This document shows, in pieces, positions 36,019 to 48,006 of a stretch of 64,000 nt of DNA. The position numbers and the translations under genes were made by a program. The stretch spans positions 32,001 to 96,000 of the forward strand of contig CAWJJC010000017.1 in assembly GCA_963843145.1 (NCBI GenBank), given 5' to 3'. Below the pieces are notes generated by a model that saw nothing but the letters and a program-made list of their open reading frames with translations, did not search any database and was not told where the DNA came from. Source of the DNA: an uncultured delta proteobacterium (lineage in GTDB: Bacteria; Desulfobacterota; RBG-13-43-22). Each line of letters opens with the position of its first letter. Within the stretch, counting starts at the first letter, position 1.

Positions 36019-39000
36019 CTATTGAAACTGTACCTCCATAATCGGGGTCCCGAAAAGATCTCGCAGTTCCCGCTTTAACCGCGTCGAGGGCTTGATCTTA
36101 TAGACATCGGGCAGGCTGAACAAAACCTGGGTCTGATTAGGACAATGAACCAAAAATTGTACCGGGCAGGTCCCGGGATGGTGACGCAATAAGACGGATA
36201 GATTGGCCAGTTGGTCCCGGCTCAAACCGGTGGCCGAAATGGAGAGGGTGGCCTTAACGGCTGAAGTTTCCTCAGCCTGTTCCAGGGTCATGACCTCCTG
36301 GGCGATGACCTTAACCCCTTTCTCGTCCTTGCTCAGATTACCGGTGATCCATAAGGGGAGCTCATCCTTCAGCAAGGGAGAACACTTGCGGAAGATATCG
36401 GCGAAGACGATCACTTCACAGGAGCCGGTCAGATCCTCGATCGTGGCAAAGGCCATACGATCCCCTTTTTTACTGTTGATTTCCTTGAGACCGGCCACTG
36501 TACCGGCCAGGTGAACCGTTTCTTTGTCGGCCAATTCGGAGAGGTCCTGGATAGCCGTCGCTTTCAAAGCCTGCATGGTCTCCAGAAAGCGGGTCAGGGG
36601 ATGCCCGGTGATGTAAAAACCCAAAATTTCTTTTTCAAAGGCCAGTTTCTGACTTTCCCGCCATTCCTCCAGCGCCGGAGGTTCCGACTCGGGCATATCA
36701 AATCCAGGCTGATCCCCCAAATCAAAGAGGCTGAACTGATTGCCGGTCCTGTCCCGCTGCAATTGTTGACCGATTTCCGTGGCCTCGGGCAAAAAAGCCA
36801 TCAGGCGGGAACGGGCCACTCCCAAAGAATCCATGGCCCCGCACTTGATCAGGCTTTCCAGGACCTTGCGATTGGCCCGAAATAAATCGACCCGTTTACA
36901 TAAATCCACCAGAGAATGGAAAGGGCCTCCCTGCTCCCGCGCCTCGAGGATGGATTCGATGGCCCCCTCCCCCACATTTTTCACTGCCGCTAAACCAAAC
37001 CGGATCTTATCCTCAAAAATGGAAAAATCCATCCGGCTCTGGTTGATATCCGGAGGCAAAACGACAATCCCCTTCTCCCGGCATTCGGTGATATATTTGA
37101 TAATATCGGGAGCGTTGCCCATCTTGCTGGTTAACAAGGCCGCCATAAACTCTAGAGGATAATGGGCCTTGAGAAAAGCGGTCTGGTAGGCAATCAGGGC
37201 ATAGGCCGCGCTATGGGATTTATTGAACCCATAGCCCCCGAACTTTTCCATCAGGTTAAAAACCGTTTCCGCTTTTTTGAGGTCGATCTTCTTCTTTTTG
37301 GCTCCCTGCAGAAAACGTTCCCTTTGCTGGGCCATTACTTCGGTTATTTTTTTGCCCATGGCCCGGCGCAGGATATCAGCCTCACCCATGGAGTAATCGG
37401 CCAGGACGCTGCCCAACTCCATCACCTGTTCCTGGTAAACGATGACCCCATAGGTTTCTTTGAGGATCGGCTCCATCTGGGGCAGCAGATATTCGACCGG
37501 AATCAAGCCGTGCTTACACTTGACAAAGTCATCCACCATGCCGCTTTCCAGCGGTCCGGGACGATACAAGGCCACCAGGGCAATGAGGTCCTCGAAGTTT
37601 TCCGGCTTCATCTTGATCACCAGGTCCTTCATGCCCGAACTTTCCAATTGAAAGACCCCGGTGGTATCCCCTCGTCCCAACAATTCGTAGACGGCCGGGT
37701 CATCTAAGGGGATCTGGGATAGATTCAAAGGCCGGCCCTGAGACCGCTCGATCATCTTTAAGGCGTACTGGATGATGGTCAAATTATTGAGGCCCAGGAG
37801 ATCGAACTTGATCAGACCCGCCTCCTGAACCGATTTCATATCATACTGGGTCAGCGTTTCGCCCTTGGGCCCTTTGTACAGAGGCGTACACTCGACCAGC
37901 GGCTGGGGAGAAATCACTACGCCGGCGGCATGGGTGGAGGCGTGGCGCGGGAGGCCTTCCAGTACCTCGGCAATGGTCAAAAGTTCCCGCACCATCGGGT
38001 CGTTTTCTTTGAGTTCCCGGAGGCGGGGCTCCTTTTCCAGGGCCTCTTTCAGGGTAATCTTCAGAATATTCGGTACCAGTTTGGCGATCCGGTCCACTTC
38101 GCCGTAGGGCATATTCAAGGCCCGCCCCACATCGCGGATCACGGCCCGAGGGAGCATTTTCCCAAAAGTGATGATCTGGGCCACGTGGTCCTGGCCGTAT
38201 TTTCCGACAATATATTTCAGGATTTCATCCCGCCGTTCCACGCAGAAATCCACATCGATATCCGGCAGTTCCTTGCGTTCCACGTTCAAAAACCGTTCAA
38301 AGAACAACCCGTAGACCAACGGGTCGATATCGGTAATCTCCAGGGCGTAGGCCACCAGGCTGCCGGCAGCCGAACCCCGGCCCGGGCCCACGGGAATGCC
38401 TTTTTCCTTGGCATGGCCGACGTAATCGGATACCACTAAAAAATATCCGGAAAATCCCATTGGGTGATGACCGCCAACTCCCTTTCCAACCGCGCCCGGT
38501 AGTCTTTGAACCGCGAGGGCGGGAAGCCGGGATCGGTTTTCTTTGGCTTTCAGCCTTTTTTCCAAACCGGCCCGGGCCTCCCCCTTCAAACGATGATCCA
38601 TGGTCTCTTCGGGAGGCAAAGGGAAACGGGGCAGAAGGGAGTGCCCCAGCGGCAGATCCAAATTGCAGCGTTCGGCGATGCGCACCGTATTTTCGATGGC
38701 TTGGGGATAGTCGAGAAGAGGGCCTGCATTTCTTCCGGTGATTTGAAATAGAGCTGATTGGTGGAAAAACGAAGCCGGTTGTGATCTTGGATCGTTTTAC
38801 CCGTCTGGATACAGAGCAGGACATCATGGGCCCGGGCATGTTCCTGGGCCAGATAATGGCAATCGTTGGTGGCCACTAAGGGGAGATCCAAACGGCGGCT
38901 GAGTTCCACTAGTCCGGAGTTGACGATTTCCTGTTCAGGAATGTCGTTCTTCTGGATTTCCAGGTAAAAACGATCTCTGATCAAAGATCTCCCCCAGTTC

Positions 39001-39489
39001 ACGGGTGTTTCCAACGCCCGTTCGGGGTCACCCCGCAGGAGGGCATGGGGCATCTCTCCGTGCAGGCAGGCGGAAAGGGCGATCAGGCCTTGGTTGTGTT
39101 TTTTCAACAACTCCCGGTCGACCCGGGGCTTGTAATAAAAGCCTTCCAAATGGCCCAGCGTGACCAATTGGAGCAGATTACGATAACCTTTTTCGTTTTT
39201 GCAGAGCAAGACCAGGTGGTAGGCGTTCTCGCTGATTTGCGCTGCTTTCTTTGTGAAAACGGCTTTGAGGGGCCACATACACTTCACAGCCGATAATCGG
39301 TTTCAGGCCATATTTAGGGGCTTGTTTATAAAAATCCACCACCCCGAAAAGGTTGCCATGGTCGGTCATGGTAATGGCCGGCAGTTTAAAGGCCTGGGCC
39401 TTTTCGAAAAGCTCCTTGAGGCGGATACCTCCATCCAGAAGGCTGTATTGGGTATGCACGTGAAGATGAACAAAAGGAGCGTGTTGCAT
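36019..39489 (-). CDS. dnaE: DNA polymerase III alpha subunit (several frameshifts in 38.4-39.3 kb, probably sequencing errors)
   Basis: PHP domain FVHLHVHTQYSLLDG, TDHG, VATNDCHY; polymerase GPGRGSAAGS, PDIDVDF, KFDLLGL, YGFNKSH; OB fold. The N-terminal pieces lie in three ORFs. Confidence 0.95.
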
Positions 39490-39501
39490 CGAATTTTCTT
39501 T

Positions 39502-41058
39502 TTATTCCCACTCAATAGTACTGGGGGGCTTGGAAGAAATATCGTAGACCACCCGGTTGACGCCCTTGACCTCGTTAATGATGCGGTTGGAGATAAGCCC
39601 CAGCAGGGTATAAGGAACGCGGGACCAGTCGGCGGTCATGGCATCCTGGCTGTCTACGATTCGCAGGGCGATCACGTGCTCATAGGTTCGTTCATCCCCC
39701 ATGACTCCCACGGTTTTAACCGGCAGCAGGACGGCGAAGGACTGCCAGACCCGGCTGTAGAGTCCGGCCCGACGCATCTCCTCCCAGACGATGGTATCGG
39801 CCCGGCGGAGGATGGCCAGCCGGTCCTCGGTCACCTCGCCCACGATCCGGATGGCCAGGCCCGGCCCGGGAAAAGGCTGACGAATGATCATCTCTTCCGG
39901 CAGGCCCAAGCTTCGCCCCACCTGCCGGCCTTCATCCTTGAACAACTCCCGCAGCGGCTCGATGAGGGTCAGTTTCATCCGAGCCGGCAGGCCGCCCACG
40001 TTGTGATGAGTCTTGATAGTGGCGGAAGGGCCCCGGAAGGAAACGGACTCGATGACATCCGGGTACAAGGTCCCCTGGGCTAAAAAACGGACCGGCCCGA
40101 TCTTCTTGGCTTCCTGTTCGAAGATCCGGATGAATTCATGGCCGATGATCCGGCGTTTCTTTTCCGGATCGGTTACCTTTTTCAATTTTCTCAAAAAGTC
40201 GGCCCCGGCGTCTACATAGACTAAGGGGATACGGTAATGGCCGCGGAACACCTGAACCACTTTTTCCGCCTCCCCGCTCCGCAGCAGTCCGTTGTTGACG
40301 AAGATACAGGTTAACTGGTCACCGATGGCCTGGTGGAGCAGCACCGCCACTACCGATGAATCCACCCCTCCGGAGAGGCCGCAGATCACCTTTCTCGTTC
40401 CCACCTGTTCCCGAATATCGACCACCGCCTGTTTGATAAAAGAACGAGTGGTCCAAAGCGGTTTTAGCCGGCAGATCTTAAACAGGAAATTTCTAATTAT
40501 CTTATAGCCGTTAGGGGTATGGACCACTTCCGGGTGGAACTGAACGCCCCAAATCGTCCGGGACCGATTCCTCATGGCCGCTACCGGGGCATTGCCGCTG
40601 CCGGCAATGGCTCTGAAGCCCGGGGGCATCTTCTCGATCCGGTCGCCGTGGCTCATCCAGACGGTCTGCCCTTTTCGGCCGCCCCGGTCCAGGCCCTGGA
40701 ACAACCCTTCGAAATCCCTGATGGTCATCTCCACCCGGCCGTATTCCCGTTTGGAGGAATGTTCCACCCGTCCGCCCAGTTGGTGGGTCAGCAACTGTAA
40801 GCCGTAGCAGATGCCCAACAGGGGAATCCCCAGCTCGAAAATCCTCGGATCAGGCAGGGGAGCCTTGGCATCATAGACGCTGGCCGGACTCCCGGAAAGG
40901 ATGATCCCCTGGGGGTTGAAGGCTTTGATTTTGGACCAGGACCAGTCAAAGGGATGAAGCTCGCAGTAAACCTTGGCCTCCCGCACCCGTCTGGCGATCA
41001 ACTGGCTGGTCTGGCCCCCGAAATCCAAGATAAGAACTTTTTGACTGTGCAGGTCCAT
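39502..41058 (-). CDS. guaA: GMP synthase (glutamine-hydrolysing)
   Basis: [38 protein letters not shown]. Confidence 0.98.
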   Translation of the reverse strand: MDLHSQKVLILDFGGQTSQLIARRVREAKVYCELHPFDWSWSKIKAFNPQGIILSGSPASVYDAKAPLPDPRIFELGIPLLGICYGLQLLTHQLGGRVEHSSKREYGRVEMTIRDFEGLFQGLDRGGRKGQTVWMSHGDRIEKMPPGFRAIAGSGNAPVAAMRNRSRTIWGVQFHPEVVHTPNGYKIIRNFLFKICRLKPLWTTRSFIKQAVVDIREQVGTRKVICGLSGGVDSSVVAVLLHQAIGDQLTCIFVNNGLLRSGEAEKVVQVFRGHYRIPLVYVDAGADFLRKLKKVTDPEKKRRIIGHEFIRIFEQEAKKIGPVRFLAQGTLYPDVIESVSFRGPSATIKTHHNVGGLPARMKLTLIEPLRELFKDEGRQVGRSLGLPEEMIIRQPFPGPGLAIRIVGEVTEDRLAILRRADTIVWEEMRRAGLYSRVWQSFAVLLPVKTVGVMGDERTYEHVIALRIVDSQDAMTADWSRVPYTLLGLISNRIINEVKGVNRVVYDISSKPPSTIEWE

Positions 41059-41087
41059 GGGGTGTTTCCCTCTTTAGGGTAATAATT

Positions 41088-41402
41088 CGTTCGGCGTTTA
41101 GCGTTCGGCGTTCGGCGATAAAGATCTCAATAAGCCGGCTATCATTTTTGACCTATCGATACACAATCAGGGGCACTTTCGATAAACATTCAACCTTTGA
41201 TGGTTTCGCAAAAAGATACCGAAAGACCGTTTTCGTCATTCCGACGAAATTGTTCGGAATCCAGTAGATTTAACTAGTTATCAAATCACTGGAACCGGTT
41301 TTCACCGGGGTGACGACTTTTTGCGAGTTATCAGCCTTTCAAGCTCAAAAAATTCCATCTTTTATTTCTTATCGCCGAACGACGAACGCTCAACGCCGAA
41401 CG
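41088..41402. repeat. three-layer nested palindromic element between guaB and guaA
   Basis: Outer CGTTCGG heptamer arms (41088-41121 / 41369-41402); middle TGATGGTTTCGCAAAAAG / CTTTTTGCGAGTTATCA arms (41198-41215 / 41317-41333); inner CGTCATTCCG..CGGAATCCAG..CTGG..GGGGTGACG (41234-41315). Confidence 0.85.
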
Positions 41403-41412
41403 GTTTTAAGGG

Positions 41413-42882
41413 TTAATCCAGCCAGTAATTGGGCGCCTCTTTGGTGATGATCACGTCATGGACGTGGGACTCGCGCAACCCGGCCGGGGTGATGCGTACA
41501 AACCGGGCCTTGGCCCTCAGTTCCTGCAGGGTGCGGCACCCCGCATAGCCCATGCCGGACTTAAGCCCGCCCACTAATTGGTAGACCATGGCCGATAGAG
41601 GGCCGCGGTAGGGAACTCGGCCCACAATCCCCTCTGGAACCAGCTTGGATTCGTTCTCAAATCCCTCCTGGTAGTACCGGTCGCTGCTGCCCTGTTTCAT
41701 GGCCTCGATGGAACCCATGCCGCGGTAGACCTTGTATGTCCGGCCCTGAAACAGAATCGTTTCACCGGGGCTTTCCTCGGTCCCGGCAAAAAGGCTGCCG
41801 ATCATCACCGTGTTTGCTCCGGCAGCCAGGGCCTTAGTCACATCTCCGGAGAACTTGATGCCGCCGTCGGCGATAACCGGAATTTTGTATTTTTTTGCCA
41901 CCCCGGCGCAGGCCATGATGGCTGTAATCTGCGGTACGCCCACCCCGGCCACAATCCGGGTGGTGCAGATGGACCCCGGCCCGATCCCCACCTTGACCCC
42001 GTCGGCTCCGGCTTTGATCAAGGCCTCGGCCCCTTCGGCCGTCCCCACGTTCCCGGCAATAACCTGCAAATCCGCAAAGCGCTTCTTGATATTTTTCACC
42101 GCTTCGACCACATTCTGGGAATGGCCATGGGCTACATCCACCACGACCACATCCACCTCCGCCCGGCGTAGCGCCTCGACCCGATCCAGTTCCCCGGGGG
42201 ACACTCCGACCGCGGCCCCTACCCGAAGACGGCCCAGCTTATCCTTGCAGGACAAAGGGTACTTTTTAAGTTTTTCAATATCTTTAATGGTAATCAAACC
42301 CTTGAGGTTGCCTTTGTCGTCGATGACCAGTAATTTCTCGATCCGGTTCTTATGGAGCAGGGCCTTGGAGTCCGCCAGGTTGATTCCCACCTTGGCGGTC
42401 ACCAGATTGTCCTTGGTCATGACCTCTTCCACGCTCTTGTTCATGTCCGTCTCGAAACGCAAGTCGCGGTTGGTAATGATCCCCACCAATTTTTTACCTT
42501 TAACGATCGGCACCCCGGAAATGCCAAATTTTTCCATGACGGCCAAGACGTCATGGACCTTGCGGTCCGGTTCGATGGTCACCGGATCGACGATCATCCC
42601 GCTTTCCGATTTCTTGACTTTTTCCACCTCGGTAGCCTGTAGGGCGATACTCATATTCTTGTGGATAATCCCGATTCCGCCTTGGCGCGCCATGCTGATG
42701 GCCGTCTGGTACTCGGTCACCGTATCCATGGCGGCGCTGACGATGGGTATGTTTAGTTGAATCCCTTTGGTCAGGCGAGTGGACACCTCGACCTCCGAGG
42801 GTACGATCTGGGCATAAGCTGGCTGGATTAACAGATCGTCAAAAGTCAATCCGTCGGGAATAGCATTCGGTTGGTTGGCCAT
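41413..42882 (-). CDS. guaB: IMP dehydrogenase
   Basis: [11 protein letters not shown] pair, [26 protein letters not shown]. Confidence 0.98.
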   Translation of the reverse strand: MANQPNAIPDGLTFDDLLIQPAYAQIVPSEVEVSTRLTKGIQLNIPIVSAAMDTVTEYQTAISMARQGGIGIIHKNMSIALQATEVEKVKKSESGMIVDPVTIEPDRKVHDVLAVMEKFGISGVPIVKGKKLVGIITNRDLRFETDMNKSVEEVMTKDNLVTAKVGINLADSKALLHKNRIEKLLVIDDKGNLKGLITIKDIEKLKKYPLSCKDKLGRLRVGAAVGVSPGELDRVEALRRAEVDVVVVDVAHGHSQNVVEAVKNIKKRFADLQVIAGNVGTAEGAEALIKAGADGVKVGIGPGSICTTRIVAGVGVPQITAIMACAGVAKKYKIPVIADGGIKFSGDVTKALAAGANTVMIGSLFAGTEESPGETILFQGRTYKVYRGMGSIEAMKQGSSDRYYQEGFENESKLVPEGIVGRVPYRGPLSAMVYQLVGGLKSGMGYAGCRTLQELRAKARFVRITPAGLRESHVHDVIITKEAPNYWLD

Positions 42883-42913
42883 GGGTTACTCCTTTCAATT
42901 AACTTCGGTTGCC

Positions 42914-43846
42914 TTATGGCCGGCGCCCGATATAGGTCGCCGCTTCGTCCAGCAGCAACCCCTCCAGCAACCCGGCATCGCTTACCCGGAGCGAGTCGGC
43001 ATCAAAAACGTCCAAAATCGACAACACGACCACCAGGCCGGCTGTGATTATATCCGCCCGGTCCGGTTCCAGCCCGGGAAGTTCTTTGCGGGTGGTCAGG
43101 GGGATAGAGGTCAACGTAGATAATAACCGATCCAGGGTATCTTGATCAAGCACAGAACCATTGATCCGGGACGGCACGTACTCCGCCAACTTCTGGACCA
43201 TGGCGGCTAAAGTCGTCACCGTTCCGGCCGTTCCGATCAGGCAACTAACGGATTCAGTTATATTTATTCTTTTCCGCAGCGTCTGCAGACAATGCCCGCG
43301 AAGGCGGTCTAGCTCATGTTTCAGCGGAGGATCGGAAAAAAGAAATTGCTCGGTCAACCCTAAAGCGCCCAGAGGCAGGCTGAGAGTTTCCCTAATTTTT
43401 CCCGATTGCACCCAGGTGAATTCCACGGACCCGCCCCCGAGATCAAAAATACAGGAGGGCCCGGTGATATCCTGAAAAACCGACAGGACCCCCAGGGCGC
43501 TTAAACGAGCCTCTTCCTCACCAGAAAGTACCTGGATCGTTATTCCGGTAGTTTTTCGAACGGCCTCTAAGAATTGATGGGTATTCGAGGATTCCCGCAG
43601 GATTCCGGTGCCTACGGCCCGGAACCGGGCCACCCCCTCCTGGACGCCCGTCCTTTGGAACCGTTCCAGTACCTGGAGGGCCGACCCCAGGGCTTGACGG
43701 CCGATGACCCGTCCTGGAAAAAAATTTCGCCCCAACCGGACCATTTCGCGATCGCGGCAGACCGGGAGAACTCGATTTCCTTCGATTTGGGCGATTAACA
43801 ACCGTAAGGTGTTGGAACCAACGTCTATGGCACCGGCTTTTTTCAA
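42914..43846 (-). CDS. Ppx/GppA phosphatase family
   Basis: AIDVGSNTLRL, SGEEEA, DLGGGSVE, GTAGT, RADII, VSDAGLLEG. Confidence 0.92.
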   Translation of the reverse strand: MKKAGAIDVGSNTLRLLIAQIEGNRVLPVCRDREMVRLGRNFFPGRVIGRQALGSALQVLERFQRTGVQEGVARFRAVGTGILRESSNTHQFLEAVRKTTGITIQVLSGEEEARLSALGVLSVFQDITGPSCIFDLGGGSVEFTWVQSGKIRETLSLPLGALGLTEQFLFSDPPLKHELDRLRGHCLQTLRKRINITESVSCLIGTAGTVTTLAAMVQKLAEYVPSRINGSVLDQDTLDRLLSTLTSIPLTTRKELPGLEPDRADIITAGLVVVLSILDVFDADSLRVSDAGLLEGLLLDEAATYIGRRP

Positions 43847-44044
43847 AACGCCTGCGGGTTATGCTTTTAGAATTGAAAATTGATTCATATAGATAACAAA
43901 CAACCCGCCGTTTTTCAAGAATCATTTTTTTATTTAGATATTTTGATATGGAACGGTGAATTTATAGTCAATCATAAATCGCCAACAGGCTGCTTAGGAT
44001 CGGCTCTTCCCTCCTTTTCAATCCCGCCGTTTTGATGTACATTA

Positions 44045-45790
44045 ATGACGACTGCAATCAGCCAGAGGAGGCTTGAAATGAAACCAGCCGATGATTTAAA
44101 GCGGACACTCTTTCGAATTCACGAAAAAGGCTACAAGGCCTATCAGGATATTGAGGGGGAATACCTCTTCTCACAGTATCAATTGAACATTGACCGGGTC
44201 CAGGCCGATCCCTTTGCCCCGCCTTCCCGGTTCCGGATCCTCTATTCCCTGAAAAAGTGGAAGATCATGGCCGACTTCTGGGAAAACCCCGTCCGTCGGG
44301 TAGCCTTTTGCGATTATGTGGGACGGCAGGTGCAGCAGGCCATTCGCACCCGATTGAAAAGACAGGGGGGAGGCGGAAAGAGCGGACTGCTGCAGATCGA
44401 GGCCTGCGGGCCGGAAATTCTGGAGCGGACTTCGGTGGTGATCGAAGGGGAAACCCTGGAGCTTCGTCTGACCGTGGGCTTGCCAGCGGCGGGACGGACC
44501 ATCCAGGGCCTGGAGGCGGTGGCCATTTTTTTTGAGGAAATCCCCCTGCTCGTGCAGCATGGTATCCAGCAGATCCCGAACAAAATACTGGAAGTCAAAC
44601 GCTTCGTCGATGCCTATGAGGACCAGGAATGGCTGCGAGACCAGCTCCGAGGGAAACAACTGATCGCCTTTATCCCCGAGGGGGCGATCCTCCCCCGGGA
44701 AAGCGGGGTCAGCTCCAGGCCCTTGGCCATGGGTGCGGTACCCTTTTGGCCTCCTCAAGATCTAACCGTCACATTTCAACTCCCCCACAAGGGCCCTCTG
44801 GCCGGCCTGGGCCTCCCCGAAGGGGTGACCCTGATCGTGGGGGGCGGGTTTCATGGGAAATCGACCCTTCTGCGGGCACTGGAACTGGGCATTTACAGCC
44901 ACATCCCCGGGGACGGTCGGGAATATGTGGTGACCGATCCCCAGGCCGTAAAAATTCGGGCCGAGGACGGCCGGAACGTGGAAAAAGTGAATATCAGCCC
45001 CTTTATTCGAGCCCTTCCACTGTTGGAAGACACCACCCGTTTTCGCACGGAAAACGCCAGCGGCAGCACCTCCCAGGCCGCCAATATTATGGAGGCCTTG
45101 GAAATGGGTGCCCGGGTCCTGCTCCTGGATGAGGACACCTCGGCCACCAACTTTATGATCCGGGATCGGCGGATGCAGGAACTGATACCCAAGGCCCATG
45201 AACCCATTAGACCTTTTGTCGATAAAGTGCGCCCACTGTACCAGGATTATGGAGTCTCCACCGTTTTAGTCATGGGCGGCTCCGGGGATTACTTCGAAGC
45301 GGCCGACCAGGTGATTTGGATGAACAATTATCGGCCCACCCTGGTAACCGCAGAAGCCCGGGAAATCGCCCATAGATTTCCGGTCGAGCGGTTGCAGGAA
45401 GGCGGGAGCGGCTTTGGTGAAATTACCGCGCGCCAACCCCAGGCCGAGGCCTTCGATCCCAGCCTGGGGCGCCGGGAGGTGCGGATCGACGCCAAAGGGA
45501 TGCAAACCATCCTTTACGGCGACCAGGCCATCGACCTCTGCTGCCTGGAGCAATTGGTGGAACCCGGCCAGCTCAGGGCCATTGGACGATTAATCCACCT
45601 CTACGAGTCCAAGTTTATAGAGAAAAGCGACAATCTGAGGGAAGGCTTGGAGAAGGTCTTTCAAGAATTGGAGGCCAAGGGCCTGGACAGCTTAATGCCC
45701 TATAAAGTTGGGAACCTGGTCAGGCCTCGCCTCCTGGAAACCGCCGCTGCTGTCAATCGACTGAGGAGCCTGAAAATAAAATTCGGCTAA
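44045..45790 (+). CDS. ABC-class ATPase domain protein (COG3044-like)
   Basis: VQADPFAPPS, LPRESG, GGGFHGKST, RAEDGR, NASGSTSQA, LLDEDTSATNFM, GGSGDYF; the start may be ATG 44078. Confidence 0.88.
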   Translation: MTTAISQRRLEMKPADDLKRTLFRIHEKGYKAYQDIEGEYLFSQYQLNIDRVQADPFAPPSRFRILYSLKKWKIMADFWENPVRRVAFCDYVGRQVQQAIRTRLKRQGGGGKSGLLQIEACGPEILERTSVVIEGETLELRLTVGLPAAGRTIQGLEAVAIFFEEIPLLVQHGIQQIPNKILEVKRFVDAYEDQEWLRDQLRGKQLIAFIPEGAILPRESGVSSRPLAMGAVPFWPPQDLTVTFQLPHKGPLAGLGLPEGVTLIVGGGFHGKSTLLRALELGIYSHIPGDGREYVVTDPQAVKIRAEDGRNVEKVNISPFIRALPLLEDTTRFRTENASGSTSQAANIMEALEMGARVLLLDEDTSATNFMIRDRRMQELIPKAHEPIRPFVDKVRPLYQDYGVSTVLVMGGSGDYFEAADQVIWMNNYRPTLVTAEAREIAHRFPVERLQEGGSGFGEITARQPQAEAFDPSLGRREVRIDAKGMQTILYGDQAIDLCCLEQLVEPGQLRAIGRLIHLYESKFIEKSDNLREGLEKVFQELEAKGLDSLMPYKVGNLVRPRLLETAAAVNRLRSLKIKFG

Positions 45791-45806
45791 GGACCGGCGT
45801 TCTAAA

Positions 45807-46207
45807 TCACTTAAGCCAAAGAATTTCCAAGAGCTTAGAAACGGAGTGGTATTCCGGATCGGCGGTGACTACTACGGCCTCCAGTCTGATGGCCGTTGCT
45901 ATGGCGAAGGCATCCGCATAGGAAACTGGATATTGCCCCTTAATTTTGGCCGCTTCCAGCACTGAAGCCTCGGAGGCTGGGATAAAAGAAAAGGGAAGTA
46001 GTCGGATATCCGTCAGAATTTTTTCCGCTTTCTTCAGCCCTGCCAGCCGGCAGGATCGGTAATACACCTCTCCCACGTTGATGATGTGGATCGATATCCA
46101 GCCTCCTTTTCTTCCGCCTCCCTTAGCGGACGGTCAACCATCTCCCAGCCCGGTTCTTCTTGAAGCCAACACAACAGGGGAAAGGCATCAAAAAGGTAGG
46201 CCTTCAT
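45807..46207 (-). CDS. VapC/PIN toxin (one frameshift near 46100)
   Basis: N-terminus MKAYLFDAFPLLCW from ATG 46207; after the shift INVGEVYY...SYADAF...TADPEY. Confidence 0.8.
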
Positions 46208-46434
46208 CCCTTTTGCACCTCTTCCCGGTGTTCAGCGATAAGGGCCTCCCCCATGGAGGGCTTTCCCTTCAACAAGCCTTGAAGAGATTTCCGGACATCG
46301 GGTGCCGCTCGGATAACCGCCCGGTCTTTTTCAACTTCTAGGAGTACGAATTTATTGGGTCGAATGCCTAACTGCTCACGAACGGCCTTAGGGATAACCA
46401 ATTGACCTTTGCTGGATAGTTTTACCAGTTCCAT
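46204..46434 (-). CDS. AbrB/MazE-type antitoxin
   Basis: VKLSSKGQLVIPKAVREQLGI; ATGA overlap with the PIN gene. Confidence 0.9.
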   Translation of the reverse strand: MELVKLSSKGQLVIPKAVREQLGIRPNKFVLLEVEKDRAVIRAAPDVRKSLQGLLKGKPSMGEALIAEHREEVQKG

Positions 46435-46524
46435 ATATCCTACCTTATGGTTAAGTTGGACATAATAATATTCTGATCTAGAAGAAAGTAAAAATCAATC
46501 TCTTTTTCTACTGGCTGCTCTTTT

Positions 46525-47700
46525 CTATTCTACCTTTACAATCAATCCCTTCAAATAATAACTTTCCGGGAAGGACAGCAAAATCGGATGATCCGGAGAC
46601 TGGAGGGCTTTCTCCAGCAGAAACACTTTTCGTCCGGCTTTTCTGGCAGCTTCCCGAATCATGTCCAAAAACAACGTCTCCGAGAAATTGTGGGAACAGG
46701 AATAGGTGGCTAAGATGCCGCCGGGGGTCAGGCACCCCAGGGCGCGGCGGTTCAATTCCAGATAACCCCGCGACCCGCCGGCTACCTCCGATTTTTTCCG
46801 GGCAAAGGGGGGCGGGTCGAGAATAATCAGGTCAAATCGGTCGGGTTGTTTTTCCGCCGCCTTCAAAAAATCAAAAATATTGCCTTTTATGAAACGAATC
46901 CGATCGATGCCGTTCAACCGGGCATTTTCCCTTCCCTCTTCGACGGCCCGGGCCGAGTCGTCCACGGCGATAACCTCGCCGGCCTCCCGGGCCTGGTGGA
47001 GGGCGAAGACCCCGGTATAGGAGAAACAATCCAGGACCCTTCCGCCCGGGAGGGTATGGTCGACCGACCGTTTTCTATTTTCCTGCTGGTCCAGATAGGC
47101 CCCGGTCTTCTGCCCGCCAAGCAAATCAACCCGGTAGCGGATCTCCCCTTCCCGGATAATGACCCGCTCCGGGATTTCACCGGTCAGCACCTTGACCTCC
47201 CGGGGCAATTGCTCGATGGTCCGGGTCTCCAGGTCGTTGCGCAGGAGAATGGATCGGGGGTGAAGAAGATCCTGAAAAAGGCCGGTCAGCAGTGGCAGGA
47301 GACGTTCGGTCCCGGGGATCAGGGTTTGCAGAACCAAATAGCCGGCATACCAGTCGGCGATCAACCCAGGAAAGCCGTCGGCCTCGGCAAAAACCAGACG
47401 ACAGGCCTGATCAGCCTGGTCCAGACAGTTTCTTCGAGCGGCCAGGGCTTTCTCGATAATCAGCCGCCACCTGTCATCATCTATCGGTGTTTCCCGGGAA
47501 GAAATTCTTCGGAGGGCAATCCGGGAATGGGCGCTGAAGAACCCCCAACCCAGAAACTCGCCCTGGAGGGTAAAAAATGGGGTGACGGCCCCGTTTTCAG
47601 GTTCCTCCAATCGGGCGATATCGTCCCGGAACACCCAGGGGTGCCCGCTGCGGACCCATCGTTCGCCCTTAGTCGTTAAAAATGCCTTCTGACTCTTCAT
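46525..47700 (-). CDS. RlmI-family class I SAM-dependent rRNA methyltransferase
   Basis: PUA-like GHPWVF, EADGFPGL..D, GQKTGAYLDQ, VLDCFSYTG, LDPPPF, SCS, YLK. Confidence 0.92.
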   Translation of the reverse strand: MKSQKAFLTTKGERWVRSGHPWVFRDDIARLEEPENGAVTPFFTLQGEFLGWGFFSAHSRIALRRISSRETPIDDDRWRLIIEKALAARRNCLDQADQACRLVFAEADGFPGLIADWYAGYLVLQTLIPGTERLLPLLTGLFQDLLHPRSILLRNDLETRTIEQLPREVKVLTGEIPERVIIREGEIRYRVDLLGGQKTGAYLDQQENRKRSVDHTLPGGRVLDCFSYTGVFALHQAREAGEVIAVDDSARAVEEGRENARLNGIDRIRFIKGNIFDFLKAAEKQPDRFDLIILDPPPFARKKSEVAGGSRGYLELNRRALGCLTPGGILATYSCSHNFSETLFLDMIREAARKAGRKVFLLEKALQSPDHPILLSFPESYYLKGLIVKVE

Positions 47701-47964
47701 GCCCCTTCCTTTCCTCGATGGAGGTTGCCAAAATAGAAACTAACCGGTTAATAATTAACAATTAATTATTGATTATTAATAATTTGTCTTCAAAAGGGTA
47801 GGATTGAACCTACCATTTTGAAAGTCCTCGCCAGGTCAATTATGTTCATGCTTCGCGGTTGCCCCCTCCCGGTCTTTCAAAAGGTCGAGGTTTATCAGCT
47901 CAACGCTTCCCTCTTCCATCTTCCTTCTCCTTCAGGCACCGCCCACCCCCACTATAAAATAATC

Positions 47965-47994
47965 TTGACAGGATACGCCAGGAATTTGTATTAT
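47965..47994 (+). promoter_or_regulatory. sigma70 promoter of the tRNA pair
   Basis: TTGACA-N18-TATTAT, 12 bp before tRNA-Val. Confidence 0.65.
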
Positions 47995-48006
47995 GTTTGC
48001 TTTACC

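Noticed and set aside
35831-36025. Short ORFs over family A/D/E repeats (also 34146..34421, 60261..60524, 61700..61891, 30635..30832, 57913..58101)
   Set aside because: The FEIRISKSE / FRISDF-type peptides are translations of the heptamer repeats.
36019-39489. Naturally split dnaE (intein or programmed frameshift)
   Set aside because: No intein motifs at the breaks; multiple scattered indels fit sequencing error better.
41810-42760. Long antisense ORFs (e.g. 316 aa opposite guaB, 285 aa opposite glnS, 277 aa opposite the methyltransferase, 266 aa opposite rtcB)
   Set aside because: These are shadow frames of well-supported genes in GC-rich DNA, with no motifs of their own.
45807-46207. vapC as a true pseudogene
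   Set aside because: A single indel near purine runs in an assembly with other evident indel errors; it cannot be called without reads.
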